A stretch of DNA of 64,000 bases from contig CP070782.1 in NCBI GenBank assembly GCA_020346325.1, positions 1,946,361 through 2,010,360 on the forward strand, written 5' to 3'. The DNA is from Phycisphaerales bacterium. GTDB lineage: Bacteria > Planctomycetota > Phycisphaerae > Sedimentisphaerales > Anaerobacaceae. Both the position numbers and the translations under genes were made by a program. The stretch's first letter is position 1. Every line of letters begins with the position of its first letter. Positions 35,519 through 45,168 of the stretch are shown here, in pieces. The notes under the pieces were generated by a model that worked only from the letters and a program-made list of their open reading frames with translations, was not told where the DNA came from and made no database searches.

Positions 35519-37660
35519 ATGATGAAGCTCGAAAGCATCCTGCAGGCAGCCCCATACAGGTTGCTGGGCCGGTTAAGCTTGGCTTGGCTGCTGGCAGGAA
35601 CGATCGTGTTAGCAGGCTGGGTTGGTAGTGCCCGGGCGGATCTGACCGTCCTGGCCGAAGGCGACGAGTGTCACCCCGTGGAAATTCCGAACGAGGACGA
35701 CTGGGGCATGTCGGGCCATGCCGACGTTGAAGCTGAGGCGTTCACCCACTGGGATGAGGATGATCCGCCTGAGGTGCCGACGAGGTGCGCCAAATGCCAC
35801 AGCACGCCCGGACATCTGGATTTCCTGGGTTCTGATGGCAGTGAGGCGGGCGTGGTGGACATCCCGGCCCCGATCGGCACGACGATCGAATGCATGGCCT
35901 GTCACAATGAGGTTTCGGCCGTCAAGGACAGCGTTGTCATGCCGTCCGGCGTCGAGTTGACGGCCCTAGGCAGTGAGGCGCGTTGCATGGAATGCCATCA
36001 GGGCCGCGAATCGAGCGTCTCCGTCGATGCCTACATCGCGGACGCCGGTGTCGTCGACGACGACACCGTCAGCGAGAACCTGAGTTTCCGAAACATCCAC
36101 TATTACCCCGCAGCAGCCACCCTGTACGGCGCCACCGCTTTGGGTGCGTACCAGTACGAAGGCAAGTCGTACGACGTCAAGTTCGCCCACGTCAGTGGCG
36201 TGGATGCCTGTATCGACTGTCATGATCCGCACAGCCTGGAAGTCAGGATCGACACCTGTGCCGTCTGCCATGATGAAGTCATTGACCGCGAGAGCCTGCG
36301 CGAGATCCGGATGGCCGGCTCAGCCCACGACTACGATGGCGACGGCCGTACCGCCGAAGGTATCAGCGGTGAGTTCACGGGTTTGCAGGAGGCCCTCTAC
36401 GCCGCCATTCAAGCCTATGCAAGCACGACGGCCGGGACACCCATCGCCTACGATTTTTACTCCTACCCTTACTTCTTTGTCGACGACGACGACGGAATGG
36501 TCGGTCCGGACGAGAGCACGCGCTACAACGCCTGGACGGCGCGTTTGCTCAAAGCCGCCTACAACTACCAGGCGTCGATAAAGGATCCGGGCGCTTTCGC
36601 CCACAACGCCAAGTATATGATCCAACTGCTCCACAACTCCATCGAGGACCTGGATGTGGACGCGGTGGCCGGACTAAGCCGTAACGACGTGGGCCACCTC
36701 GCCGGTTCGGACGAGCAATGGCGTCATTGGGACGAAGACGGCGAGGTGTCCGCCAGTTGCGCCAAGTGCCACTCCGCGACGGGGTTGCCATTCCTGCTGG
36801 ACGAAGGAGCCATCATCGCTCAACCGCTGTCCAATGGTCTGATGTGCGAGACCTGTCACGATGCCATACCCAGGTTTGCCAGACGTCAGGTGGCCGAGGT
36901 CGAATTCCCCAGCGGTGCCGTGCTCGATACCGGCGATGAAGACAGCAACGTGTGTATCAACTGCCACCAGGGCCGCGAGTCTGGCCTGACAATCCAAGAA
37001 GCCACCGCCGGACTCGATCCTGACACCGCCGCCGAAAGCTTGCGCTTCAGCAATCCGCATTACTTTGCCGCCGGCGCGACCCTCTTCGGCACCCAGGCCA
37101 AAGGCACCTACGAATACGAGGGAAAGACCTACGAAGGCCGCTTGAGCCACATTGGCAGGTTTAACGTTTGTACGGAATGCCATGACGCCCATGCGCTTGA
37201 GGTGGATATCAAGCCCTGTTCCACTCCGTTCTGTCACGGCGGCATCACCACGGCCCAGGATATTCGTAAGGACAGACGGGACTTCGACGGTGACTGCTGG
37301 ACCACCGAAGGCCTGGCTCGAGAGACTGAGACTTTCCAGGATGTTCTCTATGGTACTATCCTTGATTACGCTGCAGACGTAGTCAACGCCCCTATCATTT
37401 ATGATGCCCATTCCTACCCGTACTTCTTCAACGATAGCAATGGAAACGGGGAGGTCGATGAGGGCGAGGCCACGCGGAGCAACGGTTTCGCCAGTTGGAC
37501 ACCGCGTCTGCTGCGGGCGGCATACAACTATCAGTACGCACAAAAGGACCCGGGGGCCTTTGCCCACAACGGTCACTACATGATCCAGGTCCTGTACGAC
37601 AGCCTGGAGGACATGGCGACACAGGTCCCTGTCGACATGAGCAGCATGATTCGGCCGTAG
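35519..37660 (+). CDS. Exported polyheme cytochrome c (9 CxxCH + CX4CH), two tandem OmcB-like pentaheme modules
   Basis: Signal peptide. Duplicated HWDED..CAKCHS..G / CxxCHQGRES / HY..A.ATL.G / DxDGD / YPYFF / AAYNYQ..KDPGAFAHN..YMIQ.L..S.EDL. Confidence 0.9.
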   Translation: MMKLESILQAAPYRLLGRLSLAWLLAGTIVLAGWVGSARADLTVLAEGDECHPVEIPNEDDWGMSGHADVEAEAFTHWDEDDPPEVPTRCAKCHSTPGHLDFLGSDGSEAGVVDIPAPIGTTIECMACHNEVSAVKDSVVMPSGVELTALGSEARCMECHQGRESSVSVDAYIADAGVVDDDTVSENLSFRNIHYYPAAATLYGATALGAYQYEGKSYDVKFAHVSGVDACIDCHDPHSLEVRIDTCAVCHDEVIDRESLREIRMAGSAHDYDGDGRTAEGISGEFTGLQEALYAAIQAYASTTAGTPIAYDFYSYPYFFVDDDDGMVGPDESTRYNAWTARLLKAAYNYQASIKDPGAFAHNAKYMIQLLHNSIEDLDVDAVAGLSRNDVGHLAGSDEQWRHWDEDGEVSASCAKCHSATGLPFLLDEGAIIAQPLSNGLMCETCHDAIPRFARRQVAEVEFPSGAVLDTGDEDSNVCINCHQGRESGLTIQEATAGLDPDTAAESLRFSNPHYFAAGATLFGTQAKGTYEYEGKTYEGRLSHIGRFNVCTECHDAHALEVDIKPCSTPFCHGGITTAQDIRKDRRDFDGDCWTTEGLARETETFQDVLYGTILDYAADVVNAPIIYDAHSYPYFFNDSNGNGEVDEGEATRSNGFASWTPRLLRAAYNYQYAQKDPGAFAHNGHYMIQVLYDSLEDMATQVPVDMSSMIRP

Positions 37661-37692
37661 CAACGCAGGGACACACCAGGACAACAACCAGT

Positions 37693-37727
37693 GGCGGACC
37701 CGTTCGTCGGGCCTGCCCCTTTCTCTT
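37693..37727 (+). terminator. Probable intrinsic terminator
   Basis: GGCGGACCCG-TTCGT-CGGGCCTGCC stem followed by CCTTTCTCTT. Confidence 0.4.
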
Positions 37728-38050
37728 GCGCCCTGCGGACGCTGCAGCGCCGATCATAGCTGCGCGCATATCCCGCACAAAAAACAGGGGTATTCATCCT
37801 GCCCGATGCCAACGTGTGAAAGCGTTCTTTCTCAGCCATCGTTCCGTGCTCGTCAATCGGCCGGCAGAGCCTGCCAACTGGCCCGAAACCGCTGACCGGC
37901 AAGCCAATGGCTCAGAAAGAAAACTCCCTTTTTGGCAAAACCACCGAACTTACAGGGTTAATCATCTCTATTCAGTAGAACTTCTCGCCCGACGAAGTGA
38001 AGGGTGACAAGGAAGCAGTCCGGCAGCGGAATGGCCCTGGAGACCGTAAG

Positions 38051-39088
38051 ATGATAGAGCATATAGGCAATTTGAGAATTCGTTTGTGCGTGCTCATCAT
38101 CTGCATCCTGTGGGCCCTGTCGGGGTGTAGCGAGAAATCGGGCTCCGGTGACGAGCAAGAATCGGGCGAAGGAAGTAGGTCCGAGCGGCGCTTTCTGAGC
38201 ATCGGAACGGCGCCGCCCGGCGGCGCTTTCTTCGTCGTCGGCAGCGCCATCGCGGAAGTAGTGGGCACCCATTCATCCGCCCGTGGCTGGCAAATCACCG
38301 CCGAGGCAACGAAAGGAACCCAGGAAAACGTCCGACGCCTGGACAAGGGAGAAATCGAGTTCGCGCTGGCCAACGCCGCGATCACGTTCTTCGCTGTACG
38401 TGGACAAGCCGAATGGGAAAAGCAACATCCCGTCAGAACTGTCATGACCCTGGCGCCCAATATTGCCCTGTTCATCACGCCGGCCGACTCCGGTGTGAAG
38501 ACCATTGCCGACCTGAAAGGAAAACGAGTCGTCGTTGGACCCGCCGGCGCCGGTTTCGAACATTTTGTCGGGCCCATCCTCGCAGCGCACGGCGTGACGT
38601 ACGACGACTTCAATCCGCTCTATGACACCCAGACGGGCGCCGTCGCCCTGCTGGCCGACGGTTCGGCCGATGCGGCGTTTCTCGGCGGCGCCGTGCCGAC
38701 CGCATCGATCACCCAGGCGTGCGCCACGCGTGACATTCACTTCATTCCGTTCGCTGACGACGCCATGGATCGTCTGACAGAGCAGTACCGATTCTTCGAC
38801 CGCCGAACAATCCCGGCGGACACCTATAGAGGGCAAGCGGAAGACTTCCACGGACTGAACGTCGGCAGCATGATCCTGGTGACCTCGGCGCAGATCGACG
38901 AGGAAACGGTTTACCGCTTCACGAAGACACTTTTCGAACATGCCGAGGAAGTCGCGGAAAAGCATCCGGCGGGCAAAGCCATCAATCCCAAAAATGTCAT
39001 GCGCGACACCGGGACACCGTTTCATCCCGGCGCGATTCGCTATTTCCGCGAGATAGATATCTGGCCCGAAGACAATGCGGCGCAGTAG
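38051..39088 (+). CDS. TAXI-family TRAP solute-binding lipoprotein
   Basis: Lipobox LSGC, SIGTAPPGGAFF, ATKGTQENV, DLKGKRVVVG..G.G, PFHPGAIRYFRE. Confidence 0.93.
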   Translation: MIEHIGNLRIRLCVLIICILWALSGCSEKSGSGDEQESGEGSRSERRFLSIGTAPPGGAFFVVGSAIAEVVGTHSSARGWQITAEATKGTQENVRRLDKGEIEFALANAAITFFAVRGQAEWEKQHPVRTVMTLAPNIALFITPADSGVKTIADLKGKRVVVGPAGAGFEHFVGPILAAHGVTYDDFNPLYDTQTGAVALLADGSADAAFLGGAVPTASITQACATRDIHFIPFADDAMDRLTEQYRFFDRRTIPADTYRGQAEDFHGLNVGSMILVTSAQIDEETVYRFTKTLFEHAEEVAEKHPAGKAINPKNVMRDTGTPFHPGAIRYFREIDIWPEDNAAQ

Positions 39089-39098
39089 TGCTTAGGAA

Positions 39099-41126
39099 GT
39101 GACAACCGCTTGTGAACCAATGAATGTTACGATCCAAGAAGAGGGAATTGTCAATGGCGGTCATCTACGGAAAGGCGTGTCTCTCGCGCTGTGCGCCTTC
39201 GTGCTGGCTGAGGTAAACTACCCTCTGCTTCAGCCACAATCCCGGCTGGCGCTGTTCGGGCTGCTCGGTCTCCTTCTGCTGTTCCTTCCTTCGTCCATGC
39301 CATCGAACCGCTTGTCCGCAAGCGTGCGCCAGCTTTTGGGCTGGGCCCTGGCAGCCGTGGCAGTGCCGGGCCTCAGTTATGTAATCATCCAAACAGAGCC
39401 TGCTTTCTCACGTTTCTGGATTGGCGGAGCGGCCCTGGGAGATCGCGCCGGTCAGGAGGTGGCTATCGATTACGGGGTCGGTCTGCTGGGGCTGATCCTC
39501 GTCCTGGAGGCGGCCCGCCGCGCGATCGGCTGGACACTTCCCTTGTTGGCCTTGGCCTTCCTGCTTTACGCCCGGTTCGGTGCGTCCATGCCGGATTGGC
39601 TGTTTCCTCATCGCGGCTACACCTGGACCCGCATCGTCAGCCAAACGTTTCTGCACAGTCAGGGCGTCTTCGGCATCGCGTTGAAAGTGATGTTCACCTA
39701 TGTGTTTCCGTTCGTTTTGTTCGGCGCGTTTCTCGAGGCGACCGGCGCGACGGGTTTCATCGTCGATTTCTCTCAGCACCTGTTCCGGCGCAGCGCCGGC
39801 GGGCCGGCCAAGGTGGCCGTCATGAGCAGCGCGCTGATGGGATCGCTCTCAGGCAGCGCCGTAGCCAATACGGCCACCACCGGAACGTTCACCATTCCCA
39901 TGATGCGCCGCGCCGGATTCGCCCCCCACTTGGCCGCGGGGGTCGAGGCCGCTGCCAGTTCGGGCGGCGCGCTGATGCCCCCAATCATGGGAGCCGGCGC
40001 GTACATGATGCTCGAGATCGTGAGTCCGCCCGTGACGTATCTGGAGATCCTCAAGGCCGCCTTGATTCCGGCCTTGCTGTTCTATCTGACCCTGCTCCTG
40101 GTTGTGCACTTGCACTCGCGGAGAATCGGTGCCGCGCGGATAACGGCTGACGAAGCGCAAATCCAGAGGCTCTCGGTGGCCCAGGGACTGTTGTTCCTGC
40201 TGGCCATGGCTGGGCTGATCGCTTTTCTGCTGGCGGGGTTCACTCCGTTTCGGGCTGTCACGCTGAGTCTCGGTGTCATCCTGTTGGCGGCCCCCTGGTC
40301 TAAAGCCACCCGGCTGCACTGGCGCGACGTCGTGCAAGCACTGTCACGGGCGGCCAAGGCCGGGGTTCCCTTGATCGCTGCGGCGTCCTGCGTCGGCATC
40401 GTTCTGGGTGTCGTCACACTGACAGGCGTGGGTTCGAAACTGCCGGCCGCGATTCTGCCCCTGGCTCGTGACAATCTGATCGCGGCGCTGTTTCTGCTGA
40501 TGGTTTCGACGATCATCCTGGGGATGGGCCTGCCGTCGGCGGTGTGTTACCTGCTGATGGCCACCTTGATTGGACCCATGCTGGCCAAGCTCGGCCTGGT
40601 CCCCCTGGCGGCTCACCTGTTCATCTTTTACTTCGGCATGATGTCCATGGTGACCCCGCCCGTCGCCTTGGCCGGGTACACCGCCGCGGCCATTGCCAAA
40701 GCGAACATCATGCGTTCCAGCTTCGCGGCTTTCCGCTTCGCGCTCGTGGGATTCGTGTTGCCCTATGCGTTTGTGCTCAATCCGTCCCTCTTGCTGCTAT
40801 CAGAAGACGGCGGCGTAAACCTGCTGCACATATTGGCGAGCCTGCCGACGGTCCTGGTAGGTGTACTCTTGCTGGCGGTCGGCACAACGGGCTATTTCTC
40901 CCGACGCACCGGCCTTTGGCCTCGCTTCATTCTGTTCCCGGCGGCGCTCGTGCTCATCCTCCTGCCCGGGCTGGATGTGATGCAACTGGCAACCAAAGGG
41001 ATAGCCGTTCTGGCGGGCGGAAGCGTCCTCTGGCGCAATGCTCGCTATGTTCCGACGCCAGCGATAGCGGAATGCATGACAGGCCTGCTCGGCACCCAGA
41101 CTGCTAATGGAGAGTCAGGCGTATGA
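39099..41126 (+). CDS. TRAP transporter fused 4TM/12TM permease
   Basis: LEAARRAIG, GGPAKVAV.SS, SGSAVAN..TG.FTIP.M, EAAASSGG..MPPIMGAGA, LGMGLP, TPPVA. Confidence 0.94.
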   Translation: MTTACEPMNVTIQEEGIVNGGHLRKGVSLALCAFVLAEVNYPLLQPQSRLALFGLLGLLLLFLPSSMPSNRLSASVRQLLGWALAAVAVPGLSYVIIQTEPAFSRFWIGGAALGDRAGQEVAIDYGVGLLGLILVLEAARRAIGWTLPLLALAFLLYARFGASMPDWLFPHRGYTWTRIVSQTFLHSQGVFGIALKVMFTYVFPFVLFGAFLEATGATGFIVDFSQHLFRRSAGGPAKVAVMSSALMGSLSGSAVANTATTGTFTIPMMRRAGFAPHLAAGVEAAASSGGALMPPIMGAGAYMMLEIVSPPVTYLEILKAALIPALLFYLTLLLVVHLHSRRIGAARITADEAQIQRLSVAQGLLFLLAMAGLIAFLLAGFTPFRAVTLSLGVILLAAPWSKATRLHWRDVVQALSRAAKAGVPLIAAASCVGIVLGVVTLTGVGSKLPAAILPLARDNLIAALFLLMVSTIILGMGLPSAVCYLLMATLIGPMLAKLGLVPLAAHLFIFYFGMMSMVTPPVALAGYTAAAIAKANIMRSSFAAFRFALVGFVLPYAFVLNPSLLLLSEDGGVNLLHILASLPTVLVGVLLLAVGTTGYFSRRTGLWPRFILFPAALVLILLPGLDVMQLATKGIAVLAGGSVLWRNARYVPTPAIAECMTGLLGTQTANGESGV

Positions 41127-41566
41127 AGAAGACAAACACCATGAACAATCGGTTTGTGATGCCCAGACGCGTGGAGTTCGCCGACACGGACATGGCGGGG
41201 ATCGTCCACTTCGCGGCCTTCTTTCGGTACATGGAGACGGCCGAACACGAACTGTTTCGCTCGCTGGGCCTGACGCTGGTCGACATGGAGCGGGATCCCC
41301 ATCTGGGTTGGCCGCGGGTCTCGTGTGGATTCGATTTCATCCGTCCGTTGCGCTTCGGCGACGACTTCGAGGTCCATATCGGCGTGGCCAACATCAGTGA
41401 AAAATCGGTCGCCTACGAAGTCGAAGTGGTGCGCGAGGGAAAGACCATCGCCCGGGGACACTCAACCAGCGCCTGCTGTGAGGTGGGCACGGGAATCAAG
41501 GTGCGTTCCGTTCCGATTCCCGCGGAGGCCCGCGGGAAATTGCAGCAGTATTTGGTTCGGAAATGA
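41123..41566 (+). CDS. 4HBT/YbgC-family acyl-CoA thioesterase
   Basis: RRVEFADTDMAGIVHFA.FFRYME, P.RFGD hot-dog motif. Confidence 0.9.
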   Translation: MKKTNTMNNRFVMPRRVEFADTDMAGIVHFAAFFRYMETAEHELFRSLGLTLVDMERDPHLGWPRVSCGFDFIRPLRFGDDFEVHIGVANISEKSVAYEVEVVREGKTIARGHSTSACCEVGTGIKVRSVPIPAEARGKLQQYLVRK

Positions 41567-41613
41567 TAGAGGTCACCAGAAGAACCCGGCAGACATAGGG
41601 AGGGCCGGCGACT

Positions 41614-42873
41614 ATGACGAATAAGAATGATCGGACATCCAAGACAGCCCGTGGCCGACTCGGATACGGACTCCTGGCGATCTCCATGGTCCTGAGTACT
41701 TCACTCCAGGCGGCCGACTGGCCCCGATTCCTGGGCCCGGAGGCCAACAGCATCTCGTCCGAGACAGGCATCAACAAGGACTGGGCAGCGAAGCCCCCCC
41801 AGGAATGTTGGCGCGTGGCGATGACAGACGAGGGTTTTTCCGGCCCGGCCGTCAAGGATCAGGTCGTCTATCTGCACGATCATCTGGATGAGGACGATGT
41901 GATTCGCGCGCTCGATGTAAACACCGGAAAGGAACTATGGCGGTTCACCTATCCGGAAGCGGGTCGGGAGAACCACGGTTTCACGCGGGCGACGCCCACG
42001 ATCGATGGCGACCGCGTGTACACCGTCAGTCGGACCGGCGTCGTTCATTGCCTCAATTCCACCGACGGCCAACTGATCTGGCGCGCGGACGTCATGACCG
42101 ATCACGGAGGCGAGCCGCCGGAATGGGGCGCGGCGAATTCGGCGTTTATTGACGGCGACCGACTCATCGCGATCGCCGCGGCTGAAAACAAGCACGTCGT
42201 GGCGCTGGACAAGAAGACGGGCAAGGAAATCTGGTCGGGTGGAGGGACGGACATCGCCGGCTACGGAACGCCGGCCCTGGCGACGCTCGACGGCAAGAGG
42301 CAATACTTGATCTTCACGGGCAAGTCCATGATCGGCGTGGCCGCCGAAGATGGGACGCTGCTATGGCGCCATCCCTGGGAGACGCGGCTCGACTCCAACG
42401 CCAGCGCGCCGACCGTCGTGGATGACAATTCCATCTGGATCGCCAGTGGCTATCGGCGCGGCTGTGCCCTGTTGCGCATCGAAGGCGATCAGGTCACCGA
42501 GGTCTGGAGTGACAAACGCATCACGCCGCACTGGAGTTCGGCCGCATATGTCGACGAGCACATCTATACCACGACGCCGCCCGGGTACCTGGTCTGTGTC
42601 GAGGCCAAGACCGGCAAGGAAAAATGGCGCAGCAAGGGAACGGCTCGCGGCTTCGAGCATGGTGGATTGGTCGCGGTCGACGGCACCCTGATCGTGATCG
42701 AAGGCAACACGGGCAATGTCGTCCAGGTGGCCCTGATCACGGAAGAATATCAAGAGTTGGGGCGGATCAATCCGCTCGAGAGCGCCCGCTGCTGGACGGC
42801 CCCGGTGATCGCAGACAAGAAACTCTATGTACGAAGCCCGGAAGAACTCGTCTGCCTGGACCTCAGGCAGTAG
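41614..42873 (+). CDS. PQQ-binding-like beta-propeller, exported
   Basis: Signal peptide, AADWPRFLGP, repeated ALD..TGKE.W units, WTAPVIA..KLYVR. Confidence 0.88.
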   Translation: MTNKNDRTSKTARGRLGYGLLAISMVLSTSLQAADWPRFLGPEANSISSETGINKDWAAKPPQECWRVAMTDEGFSGPAVKDQVVYLHDHLDEDDVIRALDVNTGKELWRFTYPEAGRENHGFTRATPTIDGDRVYTVSRTGVVHCLNSTDGQLIWRADVMTDHGGEPPEWGAANSAFIDGDRLIAIAAAENKHVVALDKKTGKEIWSGGGTDIAGYGTPALATLDGKRQYLIFTGKSMIGVAAEDGTLLWRHPWETRLDSNASAPTVVDDNSIWIASGYRRGCALLRIEGDQVTEVWSDKRITPHWSSAAYVDEHIYTTTPPGYLVCVEAKTGKEKWRSKGTARGFEHGGLVAVDGTLIVIEGNTGNVVQVALITEEYQELGRINPLESARCWTAPVIADKKLYVRSPEELVCLDLRQ

Positions 42874-42890
42874 TTCAGAAGGAGGATACT

Positions 42891-45134
42891 ATGACAGGCA
42901 CAACTTCCGATACACGTCGAAGTCGCGTGAGGCAGTGGTTGCTGATTCTCGCTGTCTTGTCGATCGGCACCCGCACGCCGGCTGCGGATTGGCCGCACTG
43001 GCGCGGCGCCGAGCAACAGGGCACATCCCCCGAAAAAGGACTGCCCTCCAGTTGGTCCCAGGGCGGCGAGAACCTGCTCTGGCACGCGCCGGTCGGTTGT
43101 CGTTCCACCCCGCTGGTTCTGAACGATCGGGTCTACGTGATCAGCCGTGTAGGAGAGGATGAGAACCAGCAGGAGCGCGTCGTGGCGCTCGATCTGGACA
43201 CAGGCCGCATCGTTTGGGAGCGCCGCTTCAACGCCTTCCTGACCGACGTGGTCTACCACCGGCTGGGCTGGGCGAACTTGGCGGCCGACCCGGCCACCGG
43301 CAACATCTACGCGCACGGCGTCCAGGGTCTGATGTTTTGCTTCGACAAGGATGGCAAGATCCTCTGGCAGCGCTCGCTGACTGAGGAGTTCGGTCGCATC
43401 TCCGGCTACGGCGGGCGGACCTACAGCCCCATTATCGAAGGCGACCAAGTCATCATCAGTTCCCTGACCAGCGGTTGGGGCGCCCAGGCACGTGGCGCGC
43501 ACCGCTTTTTCGGCATGGACAAGCGCACGGGAAAGGTTCTTTGGACCAACGCCGCAGGGGAAACGCCGCTCGACACCGGGTATTCCGTGCCGGTAACGAC
43601 CACACTCGACGGCGCCCGCATCATGTTCACCGGCCTGGCCGACGGCAGTATCGCCGCCCTGCGACCGTACACGGGCGAAACGGTTTGGCGCGTGCCCTTG
43701 AGCGGGCGCGGCATGATGAGTTCGGTCGTGTACGACGACGAGCGCGTGTACGCGACACACGGCGCGGCCAACCTGGACACGAACGTCATGGGGCGTCTGG
43801 TCTGCCTGGATGCCCGCACGGGTCGCGAACTGTGGCGCGTCGACGGACTGACCGGCCAATACACCACGCCGGCCCTTCATGACGGTCTGCTCTTCGTCGC
43901 GGACAACGCCGCCAATCTCCACGCCGTCGACGCGAAATCGGGCGAGGTCCTCTGGACCTTCAACTACGGCAACGAGGCCAAGGGATCGCCCGTCTATGCC
44001 GATGGCAAAATCTACGTGGGCGATGTCCCGGGGGGCTGGCGCATTCTGGAAGTGTCCCGAGCAGGTTGCAAGCTCCTCAACGCGCAGGAATTCGTGGAGG
44101 CGAGCGGTGCGCCGGACGAAGTCTACGCCACGGCGGCCGTGGCGCATGGTCGAGTGATTCTCTCGACGCTTAACGAAACATTCTGCATCTCGACCAAGCC
44201 GCGCACATATCGCTCTGCGGCCACCAGAGCCGTCTTCGGCCCCGCGGCACCACTGACGCCGGGCAGAATCGTGCGGCTTCAAGTTGAGCCGGCCGAGGTC
44301 GTGGTCGCGCCCGGTCAACGCGTCCAATTCACCGCCAAGGGATTCGATGAAGGAGGCATTCCCACCGGCGCCGTCGACGCGAGTTACAGTCTCGCCGGGC
44401 TCGACGGCACAATCGACGCGAACGGGACCTTCAGCGCCGGAGGGGCACGTGTCCAGGCCGGGCAGATCAAGGCCACGGCCGGCACTCTGAATGCTACAGC
44501 CCGGGTGCGCGTGGTTCCCCCTCTGCCCTATCGCGAGGACTTCGAGAACCTGGAGCTCGGACAGGCCCCGCCCGGATGGATCACTTCCCCAGTGAAGAGT
44601 CAGGTCGCGGAGTACGAAGGGCACAAGGTTCTGCGCAAACTGGCGGAGCGTCCCGCACCGCCGTTCGCTCGCCTGCGGTGTTACATCATGCCTCCAATCC
44701 CGACCGGCTACACCGTGCGCTCGGACGTGCTGGGCGTTCCGAAGCGAAATCGGTTTCTGCCCGATATGGGATTGATCAACAGCCGATATCTACTGATCCT
44801 GACCGGCACCTCGGAGCGCCATCGACTGTTGCGCCTCGTGTCGTGGTCTCCGGTCCCGCGTATCATCCGGGAAATCCCTTATCCGTGGGAAGGGGACAAG
44901 TGGTATGCGACCAAGCTCAGTGTCGATGTTCAGGACGGTCGAGGTCTCGTGCGCGCCAAGGTCTGGCCGCGCGACGAACCGGAACCGGACGACTGGACCC
45001 TGACGATGGAAGATCCGTGTCCCAACCCGGCTGGGAGTCCCGGGCTCTACGCTTATTCGGTCGCCATCACGTCGAAAACCAAGGGCACCGAGGTCCTTTT
45101 CGACAACGTGGCGATTACCCCGAATGGCAACTGA
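42891..45134 (+). CDS. PQQ-binding-like beta-propeller with Ig-like and C-terminal beta-sandwich domains
   Basis: AGGAGG RBS before ATG 42891, AADWPHWRG, PQQ-type repeats, LQVEPAEVVVAPGQ Ig-like segment, AKVWPRDEPEP..W..FDNV. Confidence 0.88.
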   Translation: MTGTTSDTRRSRVRQWLLILAVLSIGTRTPAADWPHWRGAEQQGTSPEKGLPSSWSQGGENLLWHAPVGCRSTPLVLNDRVYVISRVGEDENQQERVVALDLDTGRIVWERRFNAFLTDVVYHRLGWANLAADPATGNIYAHGVQGLMFCFDKDGKILWQRSLTEEFGRISGYGGRTYSPIIEGDQVIISSLTSGWGAQARGAHRFFGMDKRTGKVLWTNAAGETPLDTGYSVPVTTTLDGARIMFTGLADGSIAALRPYTGETVWRVPLSGRGMMSSVVYDDERVYATHGAANLDTNVMGRLVCLDARTGRELWRVDGLTGQYTTPALHDGLLFVADNAANLHAVDAKSGEVLWTFNYGNEAKGSPVYADGKIYVGDVPGGWRILEVSRAGCKLLNAQEFVEASGAPDEVYATAAVAHGRVILSTLNETFCISTKPRTYRSAATRAVFGPAAPLTPGRIVRLQVEPAEVVVAPGQRVQFTAKGFDEGGIPTGAVDASYSLAGLDGTIDANGTFSAGGARVQAGQIKATAGTLNATARVRVVPPLPYREDFENLELGQAPPGWITSPVKSQVAEYEGHKVLRKLAERPAPPFARLRCYIMPPIPTGYTVRSDVLGVPKRNRFLPDMGLINSRYLLILTGTSERHRLLRLVSWSPVPRIIREIPYPWEGDKWYATKLSVDVQDGRGLVRAKVWPRDEPEPDDWTLTMEDPCPNPAGSPGLYAYSVAITSKTKGTEVLFDNVAITPNGN

Positions 45135-45168
45135 AAATCTGAACCGAGAGTTCTAAAGGAGTATAACC

